A stretch of 62,000 nt of DNA, taken from Wallemia ichthyophaga EXF-994 (Eukaryota > Fungi > Basidiomycota). This document shows, in pieces, positions 49,118 through 62,000 of the stretch. The stretch covers positions 236,107-298,106 of the forward strand of contig NW_008806279.1 of NCBI RefSeq assembly GCF_000400465.1, in the 5' to 3' direction. Numbering within the stretch: the first letter of the stretch is position 1; each line of letters begins with the position of its first letter. The notes beneath the pieces were generated by a model. That model searched no databases, had not been told where the DNA came from, and saw only the letters and a list, made by a program, of their open reading frames with translations. A program made the position numbers and the translations under genes.

Positions 49118-52100
49118 ATGAGCAGTCTTCAAGACCAAATCGCTCAATTGGCAAGCCATGACGCTGCAAGGATAAATAAGCCTTCGAAAAGGGACTCTTA
49201 TCTATTCGAACCAAATCATGCGGCTGAATTGGATATCAGTGATATACACCTCTTAGCCATCGGTGGTTACGATCAGCTCAAAGAACTTGATTCTTCTTTT
49301 GAAGATTTTGAGTCCACCCTTTTCACAGACCCCGTCAAAGATCTCGATAGAACTTCCCTCAACAAATCCCAAGTCGAGCTGCTTAACACTACCCTTAACA
49401 GATTCCTCGTTAAGCTCAGCCCTCACTTGCCTACAAGAGCTGCTGCCAAGGTTTTGGAGTGGCTCATTAGAAAGTTCAGGTGCGTTTGTTCTGAAATTTT
49501 TCTCATTTTCTCATATCCCCCTCCAAAGAGTACACGAATTCAATATAGACGCAACTTTAATTGCCTTCCTCCCTTACCACGACTCTACAAGCTTTTCAAA
49601 AATCTTGCAGCTGCTCAATTTGCCTCCTGCATCGAGCAGCAACAAGTATTCCTTCTTGCTTCCTGTCAAGAAATCTCACCAGGCGCTGCAAAGATCAATC
49701 CTACTGAGAGCAATCAAATCTGATCACGAGGTTCTCAAGCTCGTCTCTCAATCCCTTCCTTCCGCTCTCGAAGTCGTCTCCACTCATAGACCACTTTCTT
49801 CATTCTGGACTATCACTTTGTTGGAATACATTCAGCAAGCTAGAAAAATTCAAGACGGTGAATTGACCACCCTCTACGCCTCTATTAGAGCTACCCTTCG
49901 TAATAAATCCAGCAAGGATGCTCAATATGCTGCAAGAATGGTTTTCGTTGTCTTAGCTCAGAAGATGCCTCTCGGTGATAAGCTCCTTACTTCTCTCATG
50001 GTATCCATGCTCAAAGCTCTTAAAGATGACAAGAAAATTGACAGTGAGGTTGATCAGATTCTGCTCACTCTCTTTGCAATCATTGACGCTCAGGGTGTTC
50101 AAATTGCTCATGAAGATTACGCCAAACGTGTCCTCTCTATCCAGTGAGTTGTTTGCACTAGCTCTGTTTAATCTAATCCACACCATTCAATAGTGATCTT
50201 GGCAACCGCTTCTTAAGCTACCTAGACAACTACAGTGTCGACAAAGGTATCGCCAGCCTCATTCCAACTCTCATGGCAAAAGTAAAGGATAGTGATACTG
50301 CAAAATCAACACTCGTTACTCTCCTCGAATCTCCAAAGCTTTCAAAGATAGTTGGTCAATCAATTTGCGACGTCCTCATTCAACACGCACAGGCCGAGGA
50401 GTATGCCTCACTTATCAGTCTCGCTTACCAGAGATGGGGAGAAACATTTGACAACTCGATACAAAAGTATCAAAAGACTCTCGATGACGCTCAGCGCAAG
50501 CAACTCTTCACTGCACTCACCAATGCCAATTCTCACGGCATGCACAAGACGATGGACACTGGTGACAATGCAACCACTCTATTCTTGTCGACTAACGCTG
50601 CAGACAACACCACCCGTGCATTGGCCGTAACCCAGCTGCTCGATCAAATAAAAGCAGGTCAAATCGATGATAAGGATTTTGTTCAAGATACTTTAATAGC
50701 AAGGCTAGGAGATGACGTCTCAAGTATTATCACCTCGCTTTACACCCAGCCTGACATAGTTCTTGATCACGTCAGCGCTGAAGCTATCCTAAAAGCAGTT
50801 GACCAATCAATGAACGCTAAGCGCGTACCATCAGAGGTCGTACTGGCTCACGTCAGCTTCCTTGTGAACCACTTTGCACGTCGTTATTCATCGAAACTCA
50901 TTCTTCCTGTCATTTGGAATCAGCTTCTAGTCACATCCAAGACTTTAAATAGCAGAAAAAGGCTGTGGCAGTTGATAAAAGAAGCCAACATCAAAGAAGG
51001 CGCTTTGAAGGGAGTCGCAGAGCCTGTCGTCAAGATTCTCATTCAAGAAGAGCACAAGACAGTGAACGACGTCATAGCTCAATCGTTAGCTAAGAATATG
51101 TTGGAAGATCATGACGTTCTTTTCAATCTTATTCGAGTTGATGCAGCACACAATACGCGTATGCTTGCCTTGCTCGTTTCATCCCATCTCCTTAGTCAAT
51201 TATCTGGTGAACCCAAACTCAAGCTTTCAGCTAGCGTATTGGAGAATACTAGCAGAAGTACGCTCGAAAACTCATCAGTGAATGAATTAGCTGTTATGAA
51301 CACTGAGAAGGTTTCGTCCATGTTGTACAAAAAACCAGAGTCAGAAACCACTATCCACTCGGTCGTTGCATTGGCACTGTCAGTTGGTATCAGCAACATA
51401 ACTTTCAAAGAAATCTCTTGGCTCAGTAAGGCGTCTAGAGAAGCGCACACATTCGAGACTGAGTTCTGTTACGCTGCATACAGACTGGCTAATGCACCAA
51501 CTACTTTGACCAGCTTAGCCACCACATTGCTCAGATCAATTTTCACAGGATTGAGAGACTCCTCACTCGCTTTCCTTGCTTCTATCTACACTGACAGGAG
51601 CCAAAGTGGTCATATCCGCAATGCATCAATTAAGCACGCTGAAGCTTTCTTGCAAGTATCTGCCCATCCTAAAGCTAGTGTTGATTACCAGACTATTCTT
51701 CCATCATTGCTAATTGGATTGCAAGACCCAGTGAAGGATATCCGTTCAGGTGCTTCCCACTGCATAAAACTGCTGTCGAAGTCGCATTGCACGACTGGTA
51801 ACATGTACGCTTTTGATAAGATATACGGCGAGAGCTCCAAGAAGATACAGTACCTCGGATCAGATGAAGTTCAAGAGTACTGCAAAGTTCTCAACGACGA
51901 AAGTGAGAACTTTGTCAACGATGGCGGATATTTGACTACTTATCACTCAAACATACTCGGTAGGAGTAAAAGTGACAAGAAACTCTCGAAGCAGTTGAGA
52001 GTTAGTATCATCTGCTACCTCTTTTCACATGTTGTTGGTTGGCAGAACTTGGAAGCTAGACGCATTCTTATGGAATCACTTGCTGATATTTGGGATGCAA

Positions 52101-55100
52101 ACAGATTAGCTACCTTAACACCACTTATCAAATCTTTATTAGAGTCGCAAGCAACTGATTCAGAGATAAAGCTTGTCAAGAATACTGAAGTTGAAGATAA
52201 GGATAAGTTTGTTGATGGTGTCTTCTCATCATTCAGCAGAAGCGCTTCCAAGTCTTTACTAAATGAAAACGACGAGATTTACACTCTCTTCAAAAAATCT
52301 CTCCAGAATGTCGAATACACTCCTTACGTCCTCAGATGTATGCAAGGCGGTGTCTTTGGTGTACTAGATGGCAATATGAAGATGGAAGTGTCAAAGCTGT
52401 TAATGGAGATTATCGAGGGACCAGAGATCCGTCTTGCGCAAATCACAAGCGACGCGCTCAAAGGCATCGCACTTGATGAAGTCACGTACACCTCTCTTCT
52501 GCAATTGACCAGAACAGAGCTTGGTGGTGCATCAGAGGCTGAGCCACCTACATCTAAGCGCTCTCGTACTGATAAGTGAGTATCGAGATGAATGTTGGTA
52601 AAACAACTAACTGCATGTCCAGGACGCCAAGTGAACCATCTCAAAACCGTCTTCTTACTCGCTTGACCAGCATCTTTGACTGGGTTGGCGCATTGTCAGC
52701 TGAGCTTTCACCTCAGCCATCCGCAGAAGCACTTATCTCTACGTTCGAAACGTTGGCTCAGGTTACAGAAATACACGCTACTGTTGCTGGATGGAGTGAC
52801 AATAGCGAGGTCGACTACGTTGAACAAATGTGCTTGAGTCAATTGAAAGATTGGAGTGAGTCTATTGAAGACTGGTCCAACCTCTCTCAAGCTATCCGTA
52901 TTGACACTGTTGTCAACGTTATTAGAGGTGTGTACTATAATAGATTGTATAACCCTGCAATACTAACTTTTTTACAGTCTCCAAGAACCCTCAAACTTTC
53001 CAACAAGCTTTACTGCTCATTTCAACCCTCGCAAAGTTGGCACCAGACAATGTTTTACACAACGTTATGCCAATCTTCACCTTCATGGGTGCAAACATCC
53101 TTCAACGCGATGATAGCTTCTCGTTTAACGTTGTGCAAAAGACCATTGAAGGTGTGGTGCCAGTTGTGGTTGATTCTCTCAAAAACCAAGCTAAGGATCA
53201 AGAATCACTTATGAAGGCTTCTAAACCGTTCTTAATGACATTCACTGACGCATCAAACCATATACCAAAGCACAGAAGATTGTTGCTGTTCAGCTTCCTC
53301 GTTGAGGTGCTCGATCCTATTAAATACTTATCAACAATATTGATGCTGCTTGTTGATAAGGCTGCAAACAAGGTAGTTAAATCGTCTGGAGATAGGCAAG
53401 CACCAATCATCCTTCCTTTGGGTATTGTCACTGCGTTTGGTCCTCAAGAACAATTGACTTCTTTGGAGAGAATCGTCAGTGAGGTTTCAGCATTCAGCAA
53501 GCGTCTCAGTGGTGCTCCAAAGCAAAATATCTTTTTAGAAAGACCTCCTGATGAGAAAACGAAAGATCAGAACTCCTTATGGAAGCGCCAATCACTCGCC
53601 CTGTTATTCTTTGTTGAACAAGCATTTCAAATCACTAAGATCAAAATGGGTGTAATCAAGTCAATCTCTAATGACAAAGTTATCGAGAGTAAGCTTATGT
53701 CCATCATTAACCAACTCCTCTTGCTTGGCTCAGAGGAGACGAGCAACGATGATCTCAACAGAGTTGCAAAGACTACGCTTGTTGAAGTTCTGAACGTCAT
53801 TCCAGTAACTTCATTTGCAAAAATTGTTAAGGAATTACTTGATGCTTCAAATGAGAATGTCCGTCTGGGTGCTCTTCAAGTGCTCAGCATCAGATTGAAG
53901 GGTGTCAAAGATACACACAGAGAACAAGTATCAGATGCTGTTATTTCAGCTGCTCAGCTCGCTCTCAACCTCCTTAAATCCGACAATGCTAGATTAGTAG
54001 ACAAGGAGTTGGCTTTGGGAGCGCTCAAGACTATTGCAGACTCAGCTGTAAATGGTGAACTGTCAATTTTGTCTAAATCTGTATCCTCAGTGTTGGACTT
54101 TGCAAACAAATCGGAGAACCCACTGGCTGCTTTCTTGCTGCTCGAGTCACTCACACCAAAATTACAGACAAGAATGATTCCACAACTTAAGCAAATTGTT
54201 CAAGTGTCCAAGAAGGCTGTAGAGGATGACCGCAGCGGTGATGGTGCACTAAACTGTATCAGAAGCGTTGTGAACAATTTGCCTACATTCGTGGGTGCAT
54301 ATCTGCAAGATATCTTTCGTATAGTCTTCAACAAGTCTGTTATTGAGAGATATACTGAAGAAATTCAGACTCTGCTCAATGCACTCAGCCGTAAAGTTCC
54401 AAGCAAGGATCTCATCAACGTCTTGAAGAATGAGTGGGATAATGTCATTCAGACATCCAGTCAGGACGCAGTCGAGGCTTTCCTCTACCTCTTCAAGCGT
54501 GGTCTTCACTCGGCCGACAGAAGCTACATTATGGATAACCATAAGAAGCTTTTCAAAATGTTCTTGGAGGTCTTCGACATTAGAACTATTGCAAAAGAGA
54601 AGAACATGGATGTTGTGCTTGTTGAGGATTCAGCTATTGAAGCATTCGCTGAGATGGTTGTTAAGATCAATGAGTCTACGTTCAGACCTGTCTTTAAGCG
54701 TCTTTACGATTGGGCTGTTATTGATCTTGCTGAAGATGCAACAAAGAAGGATGCTTTCGACGCTCGTCGCATCACCTTTTACCGCATCTACAACTCTCTT
54801 CTCGACAGCCTGAAGGTGAGTCTGACACAATACAACCAAAACATTCTAATGAATTTGAACAGGCAATTATTGCGCCATACACAGCTATTTCTTATGATCA
54901 CACTTTGTTTTTGTTGGATGAATCTGCCAGCAAATTGTCAGTATCATCAGCAACTTTATGGGAAGCTGCTATCGATATGGTTGCAAAGTCAGTCAAGATG
55001 GATAGAGGTACATTCTGGACCGAAGAGCGTATTGTTAAGGTTTCAGACAAGTTGGTTGCTCAAATCAAAATACAGCCATCGATGACCAAGGCTGGGGCAC

Positions 55101-55420
55101 GCGGAGACGTAGCGTCGAACGCAGTTGTAGAGGCAGCGAACGCATCAAGAACCGATTCAAGTCTTCGAAAAGTTAACGGCGGTGTTTTGCTCAACATGAG
55201 AGATGAAAGCGCGCTCGTCAAGGTAGTAGCATTGGAAACAGCTCAGGCGTTGTGGAAAGCCATTCCTGACAGAATGATTGGATTTATTGCAGAGACGGTA
55301 TCCTCATTCATTACTGAATGCCTTGAAGACAGTGATGAAAGAGTTATCAACAACGCTAAGAAATTGCTCAAACAAATCGAAGGAGAAACTGGAGAATCAC
55401 TCGAATCTTACTTGGTTTAA
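49118..55420 (+). CDS. UTP10: U3 snoRNA-associated HEAT-repeat protein Utp10/HEATR1
   Basis: MSSLQDQIAQL, KVLEWLIRKFR|HEFN..FLPYHD, HIPKHRRL, BP28CT region KINESTFRPVFKRLYDWA, and terminal GESLESYL; multi-exon. Confidence 0.96.
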
Positions 55421-55464
55421 ATTGTAATTCAAAGGATTATATTTATATTTTGTCAACTTCCGTC

Positions 55465-57891
55465 ATGGGCTCGTATCAGCTATTGGACAAACTAAAATTC
55501 CAACATGGGCTACGGCTTAATAGGGACAGTATATGTCCTAGAATGGATCTGCTGCTCATGTACAATAAGCAGTCGACCAAGCTGTACCGAGTAAACGGCT
55601 CTCTGATCTGGGAGAGAGATCTGGCGATCCAGCAATTCAAATGGAATTTTGACGGTAAATTCATTGTGGCTGTGGACAAAAATGATAGTGTACACGTACT
55701 AGATGTCACGGATGGCAGCACAGTACACCACTTCAGCTGTGAAGAGGGATGCAGCGTAGACGCGTTTAAAGTCGAAAAACCTAAACGTGATGGCACAAAC
55801 TTTGATTACCTTCCCACCTTAGGCGCATTGCCAGACGTCAGTAAATCAATCAATCAATTCCTGCCATTCAGATTACCAAAGAATGACAAAAACGACGGCG
55901 ATTATATCCAAAAACTAACAAAAAGTGGCTTTCCAGCTGTCCCCATTGAGTCTTCAAGTGTTGCTATACATGTTCGCGAGGAATCCCTGCTCGACAGCTC
56001 TAGTTCGGTTGTCGCTTGTAGGTACGACGATTTTCTCCAGTTATATTTACAAGGCACGCTTCAATTACCTCGAATACCTCTGCCCAACGCCTCACCATAC
56101 GACAGTCTAATCATAACACCTCAATTGGATGTATATACGCTCACTCATTACGGAAGAATCATTATACCACGCGATATACATCATTTAGGTTGTCTATCTA
56201 GCCAAATGTCAATCACTCTTAGCTACGCATTTGAAGGTATCTTGCGTCTCACCAAACTGTATGCTGATAACGGTGGTCCTCGTTCTGAATCGATCAAATG
56301 GCACGACAAGATACATGAATTTGTGAAGCCTCACTGTAAGCTAACTTTTAAAAATAGCTTTGACTATTCTTAACTCTCATTACAGCAACAGACACGCCTG
56401 AACTGGCTCTCATTCAATTGCTGCTCATGGGTACAACAAGTAAAGGACTGAGAGAATTCATTGGCGAAAACTTGACAGACAGAACACTAGAAAAGTGGAC
56501 AACGACAGTTTCATCATCATTGCATCAAATGCAGTCTTTAATACTATACCACATTGTGCCGTCATTAGAAAGGACCTTGATAATATTCGAAGAGTTACAA
56601 GTCACTTCTTTAACGTAAGTGTATGTTTGACGTCGTAGATATTTGCTTACACTCGCTCAAGTCCTGGTAATTACCAAGGAATTCCAATAGACGAACCGAT
56701 CCTTAGGCAGATTATCAGCACAACGACTAAATTAACAAGTAGGATATGGGAGCTTACCACGACAATATCTAAAAAAGTCATTGACTTTAATGAATTTGCC
56801 AAGTTTCTCAAATATCAAATGTCAAAATACGCGTACTTCAATCAAGAGGAGATTGATGAAGTCGTCAGTATGCCAAAGCCTGACTTTGATATTATGGCAG
56901 TCATTCAATACCTTCAATCAGGCTTTGCCATGACCGAGATAGACGACTTTCTGATCAAGAATGACTACCTTGTGCCTTGTGATAAGGACAGCGATGAACA
57001 TGTTGATATGGATACAGTACTGGGTAAAGCCCAAAAGAATTTGAAAGAGGCCAACAAGCTCATAGAAGGAAGGGAAAGTAATGACAGACGTGTTTCTGGT
57101 TCAGGTTTACCTATAAGAGGTCGTCACAGCCAAGGAAGAGCCTCTGAGATACCTCGGACGTCGAGTTTGCAGGCTGACGTCATGTCAACAACAACTTGGA
57201 TAGTGAACAATCTGAAATCACTAATGCAAGGCGCAGTAGATAATTGCGATGTCAAATTGGATTTACAGATGCGAGCTAGGATGCCATCTCTTGAAAATGT
57301 GCAAACATTCAGAGAGAACGTCATACAGGTGGGTCTTGAGTGTCACTTAAGAGATATTTTTGACAAAAGATTATCAGACGGAGGAAGGGGCAGTGTATCA
57401 CAACATTGCATACTCATATCATCTTACAGACGAACAGAACGATTCAGAAAGTGAGTGAGTTGTGAAAGATATGATTTTTGCTAAAATTTTCAGTCATTTT
57501 GCTTAAGACAGCTCTCGAAAAGGACTCAAAATGGCAAATGCAACGGTTACATCTTCCTACAACTCGTGTAGTTGATTATGGATACTTTGATGGAGAGACA
57601 CTCATTGTCCTAGTGTTTGATAGGGATAACGATGAGCATATACTGGCCAGTGTTCCGTACCATGATCTTGCATACGACGGCAGCAGAATAATAGCACCTT
57701 TGGACAAGCAAAGAACGCTTTCAAAATCTGATGAACCGATTAACGAGCTGGCTTTAAATGGACTTCCTGGTCGTAGAATAGCTGCTTTGTCAACCAACGC
57801 CGGTTATGGCTGTCTAGTCTTTGATATGGACGGTGATGATATGGAGTCGGATGAAGAGAAAGGAGATGAAGATGAAGATATGGAGGAATAA
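55465..57891 (+). CDS. APC4: Anaphase-promoting complex subunit 4
   Basis: ICPRMDLL..YRVNGSLIW and KWNFDGKFI WD40 start. Spliced central helical region LLMG..LERTLIIFEEL..DFNEFAKFL; acidic tail. Confidence 0.8.
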
Positions 57892-57973
57892 ATTATCTTG
57901 TACTATTAATTTATTGCACAATTTACCTCATTTCATTCCTCACTGAGGACGTCCATGATCGGATAAAGTCGAA

Positions 57974-60236
57974 ATGCGAGACTTTTACGACGAAAAGACG
58001 CAGGATGTGTACCGCAACACGCAACCACCTACATCACTATCGAGACATTCCACGCAATCTAGTTTAGGTGTTGGTAGGCAGCTTGTCGAAGGTGTGCTCA
58101 ATTTGCTGGGGCACTCAGACTCGGACGACAGCGACAACTCAGGATCTTCAGACTCCTCAAATTTCTCATTTCCACGTAGAAAGCGCAAGCGCTCTCGGGC
58201 TCGCAAACTCTCTGTATCCTCTGATTCAAGCGACAGTTCAAACTCATCAACCTTATCTCCAAGAAGATCAATTTCTATTTTGAGCAGACAGAAATCGAAA
58301 AAGTTGAAAAAGAGGTCAAGGCGATCAAGGCTCAGAGAACCTGATTTCAGTCAGGATTTCATGCTGATTAGCCTTAAGAGTCTCCACAAGCCAGTCATCG
58401 AGAGGCACACAAAGCTGTCACCCATCTATCGTTCAATTGAATCTACATGTGGTTCAAAATCTAGCGGCGACAACGGCGTATGGTGGCTCGACATTAAGTC
58501 TCCCACGTGGGATGACATGCGTTCACTGACTAAGGTTTGTGATTATAGCGAGAGATATATGTCAGACTCACATTCTGCAGATATTTCCACTACATCCACT
58601 CACTCAAGAAGATATTTTGCAGCAAGATACCCGCGAGAAGTTGGAAACGTTCTCCGGATTGGGATACACCTTGATTGTTTTCAGAGGTGTAGATGAGCGT
58701 TACTTCAGACTCTCTGATCCCTCTCCGGGGCAAACACGAAAGGCAGATGATTCCGTCGAGCACCCTTCCCCAGACTTACTTTCAGACGATACTGTTCATG
58801 ACAATATTGCAAAAAAGCGCATGCGAATCGTGGAGGGTGTAGGTGGTAAGGAGGGCGTTGAGGGTGTCGGCGTTGGTGGTATCAACGTATACTTACTTAT
58901 TTTCGAAAAGGGCGTCATATCATTCCATTTCGATAACATTGCTACACACACAGACCGTGTAATTAGACGCATGTTTGCTGAGAACTCAGATATATCGTTG
59001 ATAGCACCTGAGTGGATAGCTCATGGACTGCTAGACTCTTTGGTGGACGCTTTCTTACCTTTTATTGAGTATGTTGAAAGGGAGACAGAAGAGATTGACG
59101 ATCTCGTTGTTGACCCACGTGGTCTAGCGAAGAAGAGAAGCAAAGCTCCAATACATGAGGAGAAAAAATCAGAGGATACGTACGTTAATTCTGAAAAGGA
59201 AAAAGATAAGTACGACCAGTCACCTGATTCAATGTCATATACGAAGAAATTTGAGCTACCGCTACCACCAACAACTCCTAAACGTTCCCAGACCAAGATG
59301 GGTCCGTTAGCGCCCTTGCTTGGCGGTATCATGGATGGATCACAGCTGTCAGAATGGCGCGAGAAGAGGAATACTAGGAAGGTAGAGCGTGAAAGACAGA
59401 CTAAAATTGCGCGGTATAGCGCCGATAATAGTCTTTCAAAAAGTGTCGTGATAGATGTACCACCACCTTCACAACCGGAACAGCTTTCAACAAAAAAGTC
59501 CGAGAAGAAACAGACTGAGGAGGGAATTTTGGCGAAAATCCGCAAGCTTTTTTCCGTCGAAAATTATGCAGGAAAAGGCCCAAAATCTTTGATACCAAAA
59601 GAGATTACTTTCTTGTCATTTTTCCCTACTTCTCAATCTTACCTCTTGCAACGCACAACAGATACCCGTAGACTTGTTACAGGATTGGGTAGGTTATTGA
59701 GCTCAAAATCTGATGTAATTAGGCAACTGAGAGCGAGAATGGTGGAAAAACGCAAGAATATTAAAAACCCGTACCAATCAGAAGCATTAAGAGACATGAT
59801 AGTACATTTTGGTGATATTGAGGATCACGTAGTTTCATCAACTCAGGCATTGATGCACGATGAACGTGTTATTAGCTCGTTGCATCTGGCTTACCTAGCT
59901 CAATTGAAACTTGGACACGCCGTTTCCAAGAGTGGATCAGACAATACTATTCTCGTACTGTCTGTTATCACTGTCTGTTCTTTACCAATGATGGTTATCA
60001 CCCAAGCGTTTAGTATGAACGTTACTCAACCTAGGAATGGTGTACCCGTTGACCCAACTGATAACGGGCCACCACTGCTCAATCCAGATGGAAGTGAACC
60101 TAAACTTGTAGCATTTGGACTGGTAGTTGTAGGATTGGTTTGCGTGTTCTGGTTTATTGCTTTGCTTGTCTGGTATTGGATCATACAAGCGAGAAAGCAA
60201 GGTAACGATCGTCGCCGTAGACGTATTGGAGAGTAA
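57974..60236 (+). CDS. CorA/Alr1-Mnr2 family divalent cation (Mg2+) transporter
   Basis: WWLDIKSPTWDDMRSLTK|IFPLHPLTQEDI, WIAHGLLDSLVD, two C-terminal TM helices, signature FSMN. Confidence 0.88.
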
Positions 60237-60358
60237 ATAGCTTTAACTTTTATCTATTTCCATGGATTGGATATTGCATTATACTAGATCAACAGCTTGG
60301 AAATAGATATGCTAAACAGACAAACAAATCATAATAATAAATAAAACTCTTACAATAA

Positions 60359-61833
60359 TTAAACTATTTCGTTGACTCTAGCAAGACCTTCCTGATCAAA
60401 GTGCTGAGGAACACTTTCACTAGAATTTTGCCTTTGGAAACGTTTCTTCTTTTCTCTCTCTACAGCCATCGAGGCTTGCATTTTGTGACCAGGAGGATTG
60501 GTTGGATTGTAGTCGAGATGAACAAAGCCGCGTTCTATGCCTTCTAAAGATTCGATTACATACTGAATAGTTTCACCCCAATCGTGAGCAACAGGTAGAG
60601 AAACACTCGGTGGGAGAACTACGTCAACTTCAACTATGACATTGTCACCAACGTGATAGCATTCAATGTAGCTGACAGATTGCACAGGAGTGAAACGTGT
60701 GACACAGTAAAGAACTTTTGAGAGTTCCACTGGATCTGCAACCCTACCACTAAGTCTGCTGAAATTATCAATGAGAGTTCCTGTCCACTCAATGATAATC
60801 TAGTATTGTTAGCATGATGACGAAATGTTCTGGTTGTACAATTCAACTCACATATAATGAGAGAATAATACCACCGATTGGATCGAGTTGGGGTATATTT
60901 AACACTTGACCCATGTAAGGAAAACTAAGAGAAATAATGTTAAAGACAACATCGTTCAAGCTGTCTTGAGCTATGGCTTGTACGCCGGAGGATTTAATCT
61001 TGAAGCAGAAAACCCAGATGAAGGCTTTAACAATGACGGTGATCACCATGCTGAGTATACCAGCAAGAGGAAGCAAAGTAGTTATGGGTATGTGTTGTAG
61101 TCTGGATATAGACTCGAACAGGACTTGAAGGAAAGAGCCAATCATGAACACACTGAAAATGATAACGCCAAGTGGTTCGAAACGCTGCTTTCCAACAGGG
61201 TACTTAAATCTAGTACTGTCATCCCTATGACCTGCACAAAGAGTTGTACCGTATATGATCAAACTTGATAACAAGTCAAGTACGGATTCCACCAATGACG
61301 CAAATAATGAGACACTGTCAGAAAGGAGGACAGCGGCACCTTTCGCACCAAGTAGGAGGATGTTAATGATTAAATTAACTTTATCGTATTAGAATAGGTG
61401 GCTAAATCGGTATCACTCACCGTTCAAAACGACATTCACGGTTTTATTGTGGTTCTTCTCATTTTGTTCACTGGGGAAGTGCAGTAAAGGAGTCTGCTCA
61501 TCACCAGCTGCTATACCGCGCAGTCTAGCCAGTACATCGTGTGGGTAGCTCGACTCAAGTAAGTCATCGACAGAAGCGTAAGCATCGAGAATTTCATTTT
61601 GTTTTTGATAAAAACTTTTTATCTGATGTGTAACAGTTATATAATTATCACGATAATGGCACTAGACTGACTTTCTTGGGCATTTTCTTCAGATCGCGTT
61701 CGGACTTTCTAGCGAACTCAAACTGACGAAGGATGGGAGAAATGATTCTGTGTACATTATGGACATTGTGCTGATGAACAGTTCTACGCCGCTCAGAAAA
61801 TGGTGACGAAGGCCTTGAACTTGACCTGGACAT
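60359..61833 (-). CDS. Cation diffusion facilitator, Mn-CDF/MTP-like
   Basis: FYQKQNEILDAY, KYPVGKQRFEPLG, AQDSLND, DPIGGIILS, HDWGE..IERGFVHLDY; multi-exon. Confidence 0.9.
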
Positions 61834-61860
61834 TGATGGACAGGAGAAACAAGATTAATT

Positions 61861-61998
61861 TCACTTTTGGAACCAAAAATTTACACTGAAAGAATCTGAT
61901 AGAGATTTAAACGAGTGGTAGTAGCCAGGTGGTATGTACACAGCATCGCCTGGATTCAATACACCGCTTTCAACTTGAATTGGGAGATGCGCATTGGG
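61861..61998 (-). CDS. 3' end of JmjC/cupin-domain protein (JMJD5/KDM8-like), truncated by window
   Basis: Manual translation gives GVLNPGDAVYIPPGYYHSFKSLSDSFSVNFWFQK*, the typical JmjC C-terminal strands with the third Fe-ligand His. TGA at 61861-61863; absent from the ORF track. Confidence 0.85.
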   Translation of the reverse strand, partial: PNAHLPIQVESGVLNPGDAVYIPPGYYHSFKSLSDSFSVNFWFQK

Positions 61999-62000
61999 CA

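Overview
Gene-dense window from a compact fungal genome. Introns are mostly 39-55 nt, GT-AG, with CTAAC/CTAAT-type branch sites, and many intergenic spacers are under 100 bp. Compactness plus an acidic class I hydrophobin suggest a Wallemia-like basidiomycete; this is inference, not a database match. I reconstructed about 35 protein-coding genes by hand-splicing the ORF track. Most are housekeeping: JSN1/PUF1-like (3' end), EHD3, RSC9-like, pacC/RIM101, KRR1, PUF3-type Pumilio, UNC-50, prolyl-tRNA synthetase, ATG18, BIR1, LSC2, COQ2, PRP5, Sfp1-like zinc finger, NRK1, GMC oxidoreductase, amino acid permease, PRI2, MED7, NIF3, UTP10, APC4, CorA-type and CDF metal transporters, and the 3' end of a JmjC gene missed by the ORF track. 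There is one tRNA-Ile(AAU) with a 7-nt intron. An AT-richer accessory island (~26.3-32.7 kb) holds two divergent loosenin/RlpA-like paralogues around the tRNA, possible decayed coding DNA and the hydrophobin. I cannot demonstrate a wholly new system. The best leads are: (i) an apparently non-coding spliced transcript with an oversized 162-nt intron and a 13-bp hairpin between ProRS and ATG18; (ii) the cell-surface island; (iii) extreme compaction effects such as MCB boxes inside an intron, two genes sharing a CTAG double stop, and 27-64 bp spacers; (iv) signature-motif substitutions in both metal transporters. No transposon, CRISPR or rRNA was seen.
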